Assembly: GCF_009914755.1 (NCBI RefSeq)
Contig: NC_060940.1
Reading direction: 5' to 3' (one strand)
Source: the human T2T-CHM13v2.0 reference genome, Homo sapiens
DNA length: 64,000 bases
Shown here: in pieces, positions 27,383 through 41,670 of the stretch
Layout: every line of letters begins with the position of its first letter
Numbering within the stretch: position 1 is the stretch's first letter
Made by a program: the position numbers and the translations under genes
The notes under the pieces: model-generated
Databases searched by the model: none
The model's input: only the letters and a program-made list of their open reading frames with translations
Told to the model about the DNA's origin: nothing

Positions 27383-30300
27383 AGAAAATTCTTTTCATTT
27401 GTGTTTTCCTGGTTACTTTCCTTACACCAAACTCCATGCTATTTTAGTAAACTCAGAATCATTAAGATAGAATCTATATCAGTAAAAAAAAAAAAAAAAA
27501 AAAGAGTAATTTTTGTGTGGCAAATAATTAGAATTCAGAGCTCAGCAGTATGAAGGCATAATTGCTTTATTGCAGATCACTGGCAAACACAGGTCTACAA
27601 TCCATTTATATTCGTGTGAATTTAGGAAAATAGTATTTCTTTTCATCTCCAAAATTGAAGAGAAAAGAATGCTTTCAACTGTAAGAAAATGATGTACCAT
27701 CAAAATTAGAGGCTATCCATATGGTAACAACGTTCTAATTCCTCTTGGCACTAAGTTGATAAAAAAATATTCTGTTTCATAGATAATTTGTTTAGTTTTC
27801 CTGATCCCCTTGTTTTTCTTTTCCAATTGAGGGGGAGAAGATAATTCCTATTTTGTACATCTTTATTAATCAGGCAAAACTGGGGAACAGATGTGGGATT
27901 CTTTAGCTCTTATGGGGATAGACAGAAGGAGAGCTATAATTTTTAGGCTTGTCGCTTTAAATGATGCCCATGGGACATTAGCATCAGATACAGAGCCATT
28001 GAGATGAAGAATCCAAATAGCACCAGTATATAATAAAGGAAAAGTAAATAAGTTGTACTTCTTTGCTGATGTGCATTTACTATACAATAATATAAATACA
28101 CATTGCTGTTGGTTGTTGACTAGAAGCCAATGGAATCATCCTTGCTACAAGATCTTCAGATTTTCTGTTTCAATGGAGATTGCAATAAAGACACACTTTG
28201 CTTAAAAAAAAATCATCCTAGTAGATATTTTTGACAAGTAGTATTAGTCAAATATGGAAGTAGAATTTGAAGGGTCAGGATTAAATGGCCTCCAGATACA
28301 TTTATCTATATTGTACACTGACTCAGTCATTATCAAATTATGCTTTATTTTATAATAGTAGTTTCAAGCCAATTGCCACATAACAACATCAATCTCTTAT
28401 ATTTTAATGTTCAATAATTGAACTATTGGATTCTATAGAAGCATCTTCAAGAATGCTTATTATTTGCAATAAATATATTTAGGCTAATAAAACTGTACTT
28501 GTCAGAAATATTTCCATCATGTGTTTTAATGTGTGCAGCATATATTTTACATACTACGGAGAACAGAAATCAAATAATACATTACATATAAGATTTCTAC
28601 TTTGATAAAATGTGAAAAATTTTTTTAAGCTAACTTGTTAACCTTCTCTTTCTTAAAGGTAAATCCCTATCTCCATTTTAATAAGTATATCCCATCTCAA
28701 TCCTGTATCAAGATATAATGAACATTCATAAACAAATAGCATTTTAAGTGATACTCTCTTTGAAAGCCTGTGTTAAGAATTATGTGATTTATTTCATATG
28801 CCTTCATAATTCAAAGCCAAGAGTGGTCCCAACCTTTTCTACTGCCATTCTTTTTATTATTTTTTATTATATTTCTAAGGTGCTTATTCAGCTGTATTAT
28901 TATTTACTTTGACTTTTAAATTCAAAACCACCACTAATGGAAATCAGAAATAATCACCAGCATTACATAAAAGTCCCACTACCTAACACAATGCTCATGT
29001 CCTGGGATTTAAAGTGAATAAGATAGGTTTTCTGTTCTCCAGGAGTTTTTGACCTAATCATTACACTGGGGGAAAGAGTTACTTTCAGGGGAGTTGTGAA
29101 GTAATTTTGACTTTATAATACTTCTGGTAAATACAAACTCACACTCCACAAATTTGAAGATCCAGATTAATGATCTCTTGACATTCTTCCACCTCCCATA
29201 AGAAACATTCCCAAGGATTTTGCCTTCTCTCTAGAATAGCAATGGTTTTAACAGATTTAAAATTAGTAAGGAATGTCCTTATTTTTCAAGAGAAGAAGTT
29301 AAAATGAAAAGTGATTTTTTAAATTTGGAAGTTGGAGTCTAATAGGCTTTCTGATATCAATAAATCGCACAGCAGCAACAAAAACAGCAACAAATATACT
29401 AAAGTTATTTTTATGTGGTGGGTATTTATGTTTCCAAGTAAAAACTTGCCTTAAAACTTTTGGAACAATATGTAACTAGCAAATACAGTTTTTAAAGTTT
29501 TCATACGGTATTCCACAAATGTCTTAGTATATGGTAGAGAAATTGAAGAGAAAATTAATTCCACACTTGAAATTTGTGTAGGTTTACTTCGCTCTAAAGC
29601 ATAGTTCTTCACATATAAACTTTTATAGGAAAACGGAAGTTTTAGAGTACCTTAAAAAGAAGGCAGTGCTTATTTTGAAGAACAGAAACTAAATTCGAGA
29701 GTCCCCTATGAATGATAATCAAAGAGAAAAATACCACAATCCTGACGCCACGATAGAAAAAGAAAAGAAGGGCAGATGCTCAAAATTATTGATCATGGTT
29801 TTCATCCAGCAATTTTTTCACAGGAACAACTCTACATACATGAATCCAACCCAGAAGCAGCAGAACTTTATTTAATTATGCTTAATGTGTGCATATAGTA
29901 ATGGTAATAAGAGCTAACACTCGAGTATTACGATATTGCCCATAGTTGCATGAATTAGCTCATGTAACACTCATAAGAACTATAAACGCTATGATATAGA
30001 AAACTATTTTATTCATTTCTATAGGAATATGTATATATGACAATTCATGCAACTGTTCTGATTTCCAAGCTTCTGTTCACATTATTTAAACTTTACACCA
30101 TCGTTAAGTTTATAAATATTCTATTTACATTCCCTTTCTTGAATTTCCCTCCCATGCCCGGTATATCCACACAATTAGTCAATTATTTCCCAAGTTATTT
30201 TCATTCTCTCTCACAATCTGCCTCTCACCTCCCTACATTTTGCTAATTTCTTAACGTCCATCAGGGTTTTTGTTGTTGTTAGTTTAATTTTAAATAGAAA

Positions 30301-30659
30301 CACACATACATTTTATAAGTTTCAAAAGATTCAAGGGTGCATAGTGAAAGTAAGTATCCATTTCACATTTAACTTCTGGTCATGTTCACTCCACTCAGAG
30401 ACTCCCACAGTTGCAAATTATTTTCCAAAATTTGTGGTGATTAAGTAGAGCAAGAGAAACTATCTGGCTGAGATTTTATAGAAGTAATGCCCAAGACAAT
30501 ATTCGAAGCAAGTCTAAGATCACAGAGAGGAGGTAAAAGCCCCACTAACTGAGCCCAAGTCTCTTTAAATTTCTACACAGTTATTACCAGCTGGCCCTGT
30601 CTGATCCTTTTGTCTCTTTTTTCCCGACTAAAACATATATAGTGGGAATCACTGAATTC

Positions 30660-32668
30660 TTATTGTAGATTGACAATATATAATTGTATAAATTTTATGA
30701 TATATAATTGTATACATTTATGCAAATGAAGTTATGACTTATGAATACAATGTGAAATAATTAAATCAAGCCAATTAACATTTCCATCATCTCAAATACT
30801 TAACATTTTTATAGCAAGTATATTTACCATGCTGTGTAATAGAACTAAAAAAAAAAAAAAGCATATTCCTCCCAATTGAGGTATTGTTCTTTTTGACTAT
30901 CATCTCCCCATTCCCCCAATCCACTAGGCTCTGTAACCACCATTCTATTATCTGCTTTTATGAGTTAGACAAAGACTTTTTTAGATTTTACCTGTGGGAA
31001 CATGTGGTATTTTTCTTTGCCTGTCTTATTTTACTTAACATAATATTCTTCAATTCCACCCATGTTATTACAAATTATATAATTTCCTTCTTTCTTAAGG
31101 TGGAGGAGTATTCTATTGTGCATGCATACCATTCTTTACTTATCCATTCATCTGTTGATAGAAAATAACCTTGATCCCATAACTGGCCATCGTGAATAGT
31201 ATGGCAATGAAAATGGGAGGGAAGAAGTCTCTTTGACAAACTGATTTCAGATCTTTCCGGGTAAATATAGAGAAGTGGGATTATTGGAACATATAGCAAT
31301 TATATTTTTTGATGTCCCTTAATACAATTTTCTACCATGGCCATGCTAATATACACTCCTGCCAATAACATGCAAGGACTCCCTTTTCTCCACATCTTCA
31401 TCAACACTTGTTATCATTTCTATTTTTTATACTCACCATTCTGACAGGTGTGAGAACATATTTCATTGTGGTTTTAATTTGTATTTCCATAATCATTAGC
31501 AATGCTGAACATTTTTTAATATATCTGTTGGCCATTTGTATGATTTTTTTGTTTTTTTGAGATGGAGTCTTACTCTGTTGCCCATGCTAGTGTGCAGTGA
31601 TGTGATAGCTCACTGCAGCCTCCACCTCCCAGGTTCAAGTGATTCTCCTGCCTCAGCCTCCTGAGTAGCTGGGACTACAGGCACCTGCCACCATGCCAGG
31701 CTAATTTTTGTATTTTTAGTAGAGGTGGGGTTTCACCATGTTGGCCAGGCTGGTCTCGAACTCTTCACCCCAAGCGATTTTCCCGCCTCAGCCTCTTAAA
31801 GTGCTAGGATTGCAAGTGTAAGCCACCATGCCTGGCCTGATTTCCTTTGAGAGATGTCTATTCAGGTCTATTGTTCATTTTTTAAACAAGTTTTTTTTTC
31901 TTGCTATTGAGTTATTTGAGCTCCTTACATATTTTGGATACTAAACTCTTATTGGATGTATGGCATACAAATATTTTTTCCCAATCCGTAGTTTTTTTTT
32001 TCTTCACACTATTAGCTGCTTATTTTGCTGGACAAAGCCTTTTAGTTTGGTATACTTCCATTGGTCTATTTTTTTATTTTTGTGCCTGCACCTCTAGGGT
32101 CAATTTTTTTAAAAAAATCATTGCATAGATTTATATCTTATAGCTTTCGGCCTATGTTTTTCTCTAGCTTTATGATTTCTGGTCTCATGTTTAAGTCTAA
32201 TCCATTTTGAGTCTATTTTTCTATATGGTGTAAAATAAGGGTCCAAATCCATTCTTCTGCACATAAATATCAGTTTTCCCAACACTGTTTGTTGAAGAGA
32301 TCATCTTTTTCCCATTGCATATTCTTGGGACCTTGATCAAAAATTAACTGATGATACATGAATGGATTCCTTTCTGGGCTCTCTACTCTGTTACACTGGT
32401 CCATGTATCTGATTATATGCCAGTGTATGCTATTTTGATTACCAAATATTTGTAATCTAGTTAGTCAGGACGTGTGATGCCTCCGGTTTGTTCTTTTGGC
32501 TCAAGATTCCTTTGGCTATTGTGTGTATGTGTGTGGGGGGGTTCCCCTATGAATTTTAGGATTGTGTGTTCTATTTCTATGAAAGAAAGCCATTGGAATT
32601 TTGATAGGGATTACATAGAATCTATAGATTACTTTGGGTAGCATGGACATTTTAGTAATTTTAATTAG
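30660..32668 (-). mobile_element. L1MA (MA6/MA7-like) 3' portion, interrupted by an Alu
   Basis: ataattaaatcaagccaattaacat...; ORF2 3' motifs ttttctccacatcttcatcaacacttg, gaattttgatagggattac. Confidence 0.85.
31544..31837 (-). mobile_element. AluS nested in L1MA
   Basis: Full dimer antisense; tgattt on both flanks. Confidence 0.92.
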
Positions 32669-33074
32669 ATTCATAAGCTACTGAAAACCCCCATTAAATG
32701 AAGAAAAATCTCAATTAAAATTGTATTCAAAATGCACATAATTATTTTAAAATAAAATGTTTGTTACATTAATTATTCAAGATCTAGTCTCCTGGGATCA
32801 AGTTCCTAGTATAAATAGTACTCTACTTAAAATTTAAAAGCATGCAAACACATTCTGCACCTTCTCCTTCTCCGTTTTAGAAAATTATAATGTGCTTTAA
32901 AACTTTCCAAACACATTTTTTACCAATGTGTTAAAAGTATTTATGCTCATTTTATACAATATATCTAGCTACATTATTGGAAAAGATTATTATTAAAGTT
33001 TTTATTATTAAAATTATTACTAAAGATTTGCATATTTTTTCTGGAATATTTGTATGAATTTTTCTGTAAAAGCA

Positions 33075-33258
33075 TCAGACTCTTCTGGAGTTAAGCAAAA
33101 TAGAGTACTCTCACTGGATCCTATTCCTCTTACTAATTAAAAATAAAAATTAAATATCTGGACAACACACAAGCCAACCAGTTGAAAATCCTGAAGGAGG
33201 TAGATTTGGAAAGGAAGTAAAAATTTCCAGAAGTAGCACAAACAGAGAGATTGTTCGT

Positions 33259-33289
<31 letters not shown>

Positions 33290-33700
33290 TTATTTCTCAC
33301 AAAACTCTGACCAGAAGTTGGGAAAGGAATCATGCTGTTAGAATATGTGGGCATCAACATTTCAGGGATAAATCTCCATCTTTCTGGCCAGAGGCCCAGG
33401 AAAATGGGCCTGTGAAAGATACAGAGCATGAAGAAAATCTCCATTATTCTTTGTATCTTTTTATCCCTCTATTCTCTGTCCTGGCTGTGCCCTAAAGATG
33501 GACTCTCAGCCCTAGAGCTGTGGCAGAGGCAGCAGGCAACTGAAACTCAAAGAGAAACTCAATCTTTCTGGCCAGAAGAACTAGCAAAAAGGCCCTGTGG
33601 CCTGAAGAATGCCGAAGGAATCTGCATTACTTTTTCCCTCCTTTGTCTCATAGAATTGACACAAGTGTGGGCCCTATTTGTCAAATAACAAATGTAGCAG
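33075..33700 (+). mobile_element. Old L1M 5'-UTR-like segment
   Basis: Twice-repeated atctttctggccaga..gg..ctgtg motif (about 33378 and 33562), as recalled for L1MC-type 5' ends. Confidence 0.45.
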
Positions 33701-34319
33701 CAATACCTTGTATGGGATATCCTAGCCAATGCAGTAAAGTAATGAAAGATTGGAAAGTAAAAGTTTACTTAACTTTGTCTACTCATAATGATATGATATG
33801 ACTTGATATGATTTTTCCATTAAAAATTTGATGTTTTTTCCACAAAAAGTCTTACAAATAGTGAGATTACCAAGGTTGTATGATACAGTGTCAATATACA
33901 CAAATAAATTTCATTTATGTATACTAGCAAAGAACATTTGAAGATAGCATTTACAGCAGGATCAAAGAAACATGATATACTTATGCATAAATCTAAAAAA
34001 AGTGCATAATGTATGCTAAAAATTATAAAACAATGATGAAAATGCAATTAAAGAATGTATAAATAAGGAGATAATTAAACCATGTTCATGAATTAGAAGA
34101 CCTAATAATGGGATGTCAAATATCTTCAATTGATATATACAGGCAATATAATATGTGTTCACCTTTATGTATAATAAAAATATCAACAGAATTTTTATGA
34201 ACATTAGCAAGCTGATTCAAAATATTTATGGAAATTCAAAAAACACAGAAGAGTTAAAATCATTTTGAAAAAAGAATAATATTAGAGGACTCATACTATC
34301 TGATTTAAATACTTACTAT

Positions 34320-34634
34320 CGCAAGAACAAAAAACCAAACACCGCATATTCTCACTCATAGGTGGGAATTGAACAATGAGATCACATGGACACAGGAAGG
34401 GGAATATCACACTCTGGGGACCTTGGTGGGGTCGGGGGAGGGGGGAGGGATAGCATTGGGAGATATACCTAATGCTAGATGACACGTTAGTGGGTGCAGC
34501 GCACCAGCATGGCACATGTATACATATGTAACTAACCTGCACAATGTGCACATGTACCCTAAAACTTAAAGTATAATTAAAAAAAAAAGTAAATAAATCT
34601 AAAAAAAAAATAAATAAATAAAAAATAAATAAAT
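34320..34634 (+). mobile_element. 5'-truncated L1HS-type element (ACG/A diagnostic), ~260 bp plus A-rich tail
   Basis: Near-consensus L1HS 3'UTR; gatgacACGttag at 34484-34486; 13-bp perfect TSD aaatacttactat (34307-34319/34635-34647). Confidence 0.95.
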
Positions 34635-35142
34635 AAATACTTACTATAAAACTAAAACCACTAATCATGGCAAAAGTCTGGACATACAGATCAATGAAAC
34701 AGGATACAGAATTAAAATGCTGACTTATAAGTATGGTCAGTTTGTATTTCATAAAAGTGCAAGAGAAACTCAATGGAGAAAATATTGTCTTGTAAACAAA
34801 TAGTTCTGGATAAACTGGTTGTTCACACACAATGTTTTAAAAGTACTGTCATATTCCTTGCATGCAAATATTTAAAAATTAACTCATAATGCATTAGTGA
34901 CAAACATGAAACCTAAAATTATAAACATACTAGAAGACAATCATCATACAATTAAATTAGTCAAAATATTCTTAGATATAACATCAAAAGTAGAATTCAT
35001 ACCATAAAAATTCAGGTTAACTGTACGTCATCATAATTAAGCCCTTTGAAAGATTTCATTAAGAAATAAAAAGACAAGCTAAAACTTGGAGAAAATAGTT
35101 GGAAATAAATATGTAAAGTACTTGTTTTCTGTAGATATATAA

Positions 35143-35491
35143 AATAATCTTTTTAAAATTAATTTTTACTCTTCTGATTTTTTTTCGCATTTCCATAAAT
35201 ATTTTGAATCAGCTTCTTAATGTTCACAAAAATTCTGCTGATATATTTATTGGGATAATTTTATTAAACATAAAGGTAAGCCCATATTGCACTGACTCAA
35301 TACATCAATTGAAGATATTTAACATCATCCCATCATTTGGTGCTTCAATTCATGAACATGGTTTAATTCTCTATTTATATATTATTTGATTGCATTTTCA
35401 TCGTTGTTTTGTAATTTTTAGCATACATTATGCACATATTTTGTTAGGATCATATATAGGAATATCATGTTTCTTTGGTTCTGTTGTAAAT
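35143..35491 (-). repeat. Inverted copy of 33949-34280
   Basis: Reverse complement shares gtgcataatgtatgctaaaaatta, aattaaaccatgttcatgaatt, aaatatcttcaattgat, aagctgattcaaaatatttatggaaat. Confidence 0.88.
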
Positions 35492-35516
35492 AGGATGTAG
35501 ATATGTTTCTTTGGTC

Positions 35517-35561
35517 ATATATGTATATATGTGTGTATATATATGTGTGTATATATATATA
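35517..35561. repeat. (TA/TG)n microsatellite
   Basis: Read directly. Confidence 0.85.
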
Positions 35562-36769
35562 ATTTTAAAACTCAATATATAAACAAATAACAACTATGTT
35601 TTTAGTAGGCAAAAGATTTGAACATACATTTTACCAAAGAAGGTATACAGATGGCAACAAAGCACATGCAGAGATACTCAACATTATTAGCCATTAGGGA
35701 AATGCAAAACGAAACCTCAGTGAGATACCAATATCATTCCATTTACATAAATAAAAGTAAATAAGACAAATTTATACTGACATAACAACCTAAGTGCCTC
35801 TGAAAATTTGGAGCAAATGTGGCTCTTCTGTGTTTCTGGTTGGAATAAAAAATGATACAGCTGCTTTGGACAGAAGCATACAGCATCTTTTAAAGGTAAA
35901 CATTAAATTAAACACATGATCTAGCAATACTACTCCTAATTTTTTATCCAACAGAAATGAAGACAGAAAAATCTGAACACAAATGTTTATAGCTCCTTTA
36001 TAATACCAAAAACTTTAAAAATCTAAACATCCTTCTACTTTTAAATAGGCAAACTATGGTATAGTCATAAAAAGGAATACTACTCAACAGTGAAGAGGGA
36101 TAAAATATTGCTCAGAACAAGGTGGATGAATCTCAGATGCTTTATGCTAAGTAAAAGTGGCCAATCTTATGAGTACACACTGTGTAATTCTATATGTATA
36201 AAACATACTGGAAAAGGCAAAATTATAGGAGGAGGAAACAGACCAGTTGTTGTCAGAGGTTTGAGGTAGAAGGTGGATTGATCACAAAGGTGCAGCACAG
36301 GGAATTTTTTGAGTGCTAGAACCATTCTCTTTCTTGATAGTGGCGGTGAAAACTGTATGTAATTGTCAAAACTCAAATAACTGTGCACTAAAAAGACAAA
36401 ACTTTACTATATAAACCTAAGCCTATTCTTTCTTTAATTTAATAATTTAAAACAGAGTCCATTTCTTTTTCCCAGAGATCCTATTTGCTTTCAAGTCAGT
36501 TTTAAAAAATATTTTTCTAAGAATGTATATATTTTTATACTTTTATACTTTTAATTTTGTTTCATCTGATGTCTTTTTCATCTTCTGTCCTTAATATTAT
36601 TTAAAATGTGCCTCACACATTAAGCATTTTTTCATTGTTTTAGGCTTTGCAATGTATTATAATAATGGATTTAGAAATTTTAACCATTCTTGTAATTCTA
36701 GTATAAAATCTAAAAACATTATTAGTTTATGGAAGTTTTACATGAGTATACTCTTGGATTTACTTTGTT

Positions 36770-38920
36770 AATATTACTTGCATAGACCAAATTCATGAGG
36801 ATTTATACTTATTTTTTCTTCTAAGGGTTTTATAATTTTAGCTCTTCCACTTAGATCTTTAATCAATTTGAGTGAGTATATATATATACATATATACATA
36901 TACATATATATATACATATATATACACATATATATATGAGTTAATTGTTCAATTTTATTCTTTTGCATATAGCTATCCAGTTATCCCAGCATAATTTGTT
37001 GAAACAACTGCTCATTTCTCATTGGATGACCTTGGCATCTTTATTAATACTTTCCATTCTTTCACTCGTGACTTTTTAAGTCTTCTCTCTTTTTTGTTTT
37101 CTTTTTTTCTTTTTTTTTTTTTTTTTTTGGTCAGCCTTGCTAATGATTTGCCTTTTTTTGTTGCTGTTCTAAACAGAAACCAACACTGGATTTGCTGAAT
37201 TTTTGTATTGTTTTAGTATCCTATACTTATTTTTGAACTAATATGCATTACTTTTTTCTACTGCTTGCTTTGGGTTTACTTTGCTATTTTTCATATAATA
37301 TTTTAAGATAGAAGATTAGATTATTAACTTGAAATCCTTTTTTTTTAGTATAGGCATTTACAACTACAAATTTCCATATACACACTGCTTTAGCTACATT
37401 ACGTATATTTTGATATGTTTTCTCTACATTTGCATTCATCTGAAAGTACTTTTCTTTCTGTTTATCAAACTGGATAATCTCAATTGATCTATCCTAAATT
37501 TATTTATTGATTCGTTCTTCTATGTGCTCAAATGTGTTATTGAGCCTCTCTAGTGATTTTTACATCATGATTATGATACACTTTAACTTCAGAACTTCTC
37601 TTTGGTTCTTTTTTGTATAATTTCAGTCTCTATGTTGATATTCTGTATTTGGTGAGACATAATTCTCCTACTTTCTTTTAATCATATTTGAAATAACTTA
37701 TTTAAAATCTTTGTCTAGTACATTGTTCATCTAGGCTTTTTTAGGGACTATTTGTAGTGACTGCTTTATTCTCTCTGTACACACTTTTTTATTGGTTTTT
37801 GTTTTTGTTTTGTTCTGCTTTGCTTGTGTTTTGGTTTTTGTATTAATTTTTTGTTAAAAACTGGAAGCATACAATTAAAAGATATAAATTCTTGAAATTA
37901 AACTATCTGACTTTCCCATAGTTTGCTGTTGTTGTTTTTGCTTATTCACTGTCTAATATTAACTAATTCTACAAAGTCTATTCTTTGTTTTGTGTGGCCA
38001 CTGAAGTCTGCTCAGTTAGATTAGAGGTCAGATAGTGATTGGACAAAGTTTTTCTTCAAAGTCTGGAAACAGTATGTCTCCCAGTCTTTGCTAAGAGACT
38101 CTGCTGCATGAATGTTGAGGCACACCTTTAACACTAAGCTAGACAATTAACAACTTCATCTTAGCCTTCACTTAATTCTTGTGCAGAGCCTCAGATCAAC
38201 CAGAAGTGGGAGCTTAGACCATCCACATGTCTTTCGTGAATATAAGCATAACCCTGGGCATACAAACAGCCTTATGCATGCATATGACCTTCAAGACTAC
38301 CAGCAATATGTTAGTGCTGTTCAAAGCCTTCCATAGTCATTTGTTCCCCAGAATTTCTTTCTAAGCATTTTTTAGTCTATTGTTTTCCCTAATTGTTATC
38401 TACCACTTCAGGAAGCTAGAGTGTGCAACAATTGCCTCAGACTATGATTTTTCACATTTTTCACAAATGTTCCTGGGAAAAATCTGCTGGCATTGGGAAC
38501 TCTCTTTGATTCCTTGCAAGTGAGATCTTTCAGGGAACCAGAAATGTTAGATAAGGACAATTCTTTGTGATGTAGTGTTGAAGGCATTCTAATTTTCTTT
38601 TGTCCCTTCACGTGGCTGCACAGTTTGTGGTCATCACCATGATTGTTGGCTTTTGTTTTTCGTGGCTATTACAGACCTTGGAGAAAAACACAGGAATATA
38701 ATTAGTTAAATGGCTACAAAGCTCACTGTTATTGAGATGTAGTGGGTTTTTTATGTGTATTTTTAATTAATGCTCCATGGATTGCCACAAGTCTTTAGTT
38801 AACTAACTGAATTCTGAAAAAGTTGATTCTGCATTTTTTTTTGCCCTTGTTTCTATTGCATTAGTGGAGGGGAAGATTTTTGTGGATCTGTACTTTACCA
38901 TTTTTATTGATGTCACTACC
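36770..38920 (-). mobile_element. Old L1 (L1MC/L1MD-like) ORF2 pieces and 5' region; contains a (TA) microsatellite at 36877-36937
   Basis: atatagctatccagttatcccagcataatttgttgaa, cactgctttagctacat, ttgagcctctctagtgattttt, tctgaaaaagttgattctg. Confidence 0.7.
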
Positions 38921-40145
38921 CCTTTATCTTTACTATAGTTATCAGTTTATTTTTCTGTATCTCCTTTTTATTACCTATATAATGGAAATACCAAGAGTTA
39001 AATCCTAGGTGGTTATGAGGCTGAATTGAGAACATATGTAGAATTATTTTTTTTAACCTCTAATAGACAATGAAACAGAACTCTCTTCACTTCCTATTTT
39101 GAGGTTTTATTTTTTAATATTATTTTTTAGTGACAGTATAGACATCAGAAGATAAGTGCATGATTGCTTTCTTATTAAGTAACTGATAAAGAAACCTGAA
39201 TTAAATTGTGAATGGTACATGTGCTAATATATTCTGCCATTTTCCTCCAAACCCAGATATAAAAGTCCACATAGATGTTTCTGGAAGAATTATTCTGAGA
39301 CTATTTTAGACTCTAGATGATCCTCATCTTTTATTTCTAAGTATCTTTTGTACAACCAGTCATACATGGTTTGTGGTCCTAATAGCCATAATATAACCTG
39401 CTTGATTATGATGCATGCAAGCATCTCAATAGTTGCATATAAATAATTTATGAAAAAACAGAGCCTCCCTCCAACGGAAATTTTTAATTTCCCTTTCAGC
39501 CTCTTACACGTCACTGCCCACAGATAATTTTTGTTCTTCCCAGAAACCATATGCATGTTCATCATGTAGCCATGTCCCTGGGTAAATATCAAATATTCAG
39601 TATGATGGACAAAGGTTTATAAACATATTGATTGTGTCTTCTGTCTCAATCTATAGCGTATTTAACAGTATATACAGACTTTCAGAACTTTTTTTTGAAG
39701 ACACATCTCCCAAAGAAAATAATTCCCTGCAGAAAACTGAGGTTTGCTCCCTACACCCCCTCGAAAAGAGAAATAAATTATTGCCAAGGACAAGTTACTT
39801 TGGGCTCTTTATTTTTTATTTTCTAGTACTCCTAAGTAGAAACAAGTTTTAAAGCCGATATTTACAGCTTTAACTCTGGGGCATACTAACATGTCATTCA
39901 CTTCTCATTTATTCTTTAAACAATTTCCTCTAATATTTGATTTTAATTTGAAAGGAGAATTGATGCTTTATGACAGTGGTACTTAAGTGTGTATGTGTGT
40001 GATTGTTTCTGTGTGTTCTATTTATATTTCCCTACGTAATGATTTTCTTAAACAAAACTACACTCCATTTACCACAATAAACAAGCCAAATAAGACAGTC
40101 TCCTTAAAATATAGGGGACCATATTGTTACGCAATTTGGCTATTA

Positions 40146-40460
<315 letters not shown>

Positions 40461-41504
40461 TCATTTAATATTTGAAACAAAACGTTGAATTAATTTTGTT
40501 TCCAGTGCAAGGGAACAGTGAATTTTACGGAATGATTTCTTTGAAAAAGCAAATCGATCATCTCATACCAGATTATGAGAGTCAGCAGTGCAGAGATTAG
40601 AGGACGTCAGATGTGATCGTGTTTCGATATTAACTGATGTTTACCAGTGGAGATGGTGACTATATTGTGACTATTACTATATGGCTGGTTTTCAATAAAG
40701 TGGGTCTGTGTCTAATTGACTAGCTTTCAGATTATAAGTTTATTATCCAGGAGAACTCTAAAATATGATTATCTTACTGTCAGTATTATCAGTACTCTTG
40801 AAAATCTTTTGCCTAATTCTGTTCGGTTCTGTTCTCTGCCCTTGAAGGAACCACTGACAAAACATGCCCAGTATTGAGAGAGTAGGTCTGCTCAAAAATG
40901 TCTTCACTTGCCACTTACTAGCCTGCCTCAAACATTAAAAAATAATAATAATCCAGGAGAAATGAAGGCCACTGAATTACTATTATTGTCCATTTAGGTT
41001 TGTGAATCATTATGTTGGCTTAGCAAGTCAAGCATGCAAAAAGAAAAACAGGATATTTTGCTTTGGGAGAAATTGGCAAAGGTTATTTTTGAACACTTTT
41101 TTTGTTAAGATATATTCATATACATAAATAAAGAAAATATTTATGAGAAGGACTAGAATCAGCATCTTGACTATTCTTAGAGCTGCAATGTTATATAGTG
41201 TTTTCCAATAAAGACAGTTATTACCAAAGTAGGAAGTCACCAACTTTAAAATGTTTGTGTATTTTAAGAATTCATTTTTACAAATACTTGTTTTTTAAGT
41301 TTTAGCTCATTGTTCCATAAAAATCATGGGTGGATTAGTCTTTGGAATTGCAGACAACAGCCAAAAACCTTATTTAAACTCCAGCATACTTGAGGTGCTA
41401 TAGCAATAACATTATTTCAGTTATTGTTAACCACTATTTGAAAATGGTTTCTGTTTGAAACAGCATTTTGAGTTACATATCAAGAAGCCTTCAGAAGCAC
41501 TGCA

Positions 41505-41670
41505 CAATACTTAGAATTTAATAACCATGAAAAGCACTCCACATCAAAATTTGTGTGATATAGCTAAAGTAGTATTTGGAAAAATGTGAAGTCCTCAATG
41601 CAATTGTCAGAAAACAAGAATGAGTGAAAACAAATGAATGTCCACCACCACACGCAGTTGGAAGGAGCAT
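41505..41670 (+). mobile_element. Old L1 ORF2 fragment
   Basis: acatcaaaatttgtgtgatatagctaaagtagtattt resembles the ORF2 segment following the endonuclease domain. Confidence 0.6.

Larger units (their letters stand above)
33710..36420 (+). mobile_element. Old L1 (L1M/L1ME-like) ORF2 remnant and 3' end, interrupted by L1HS and an inverted self-copy
   Basis: cctagccaatgcagtaa, aagctgattcaaaatatttatggaaa, cattagggaaatgcaaa, ttgtcaaaactca...actgtgcactaaaaa. Confidence 0.8.

Noticed and set aside
29708-29875. 55-codon ATG ORF with a few CpGs
   Set aside because: In-frame stop just upstream, no recognisable similarity, no splice support.
34291-34830. Longest ORF (179 aa)
   Set aside because: Antisense read-through of the L1HS 3'UTR, tail and old L1; a common artefact.
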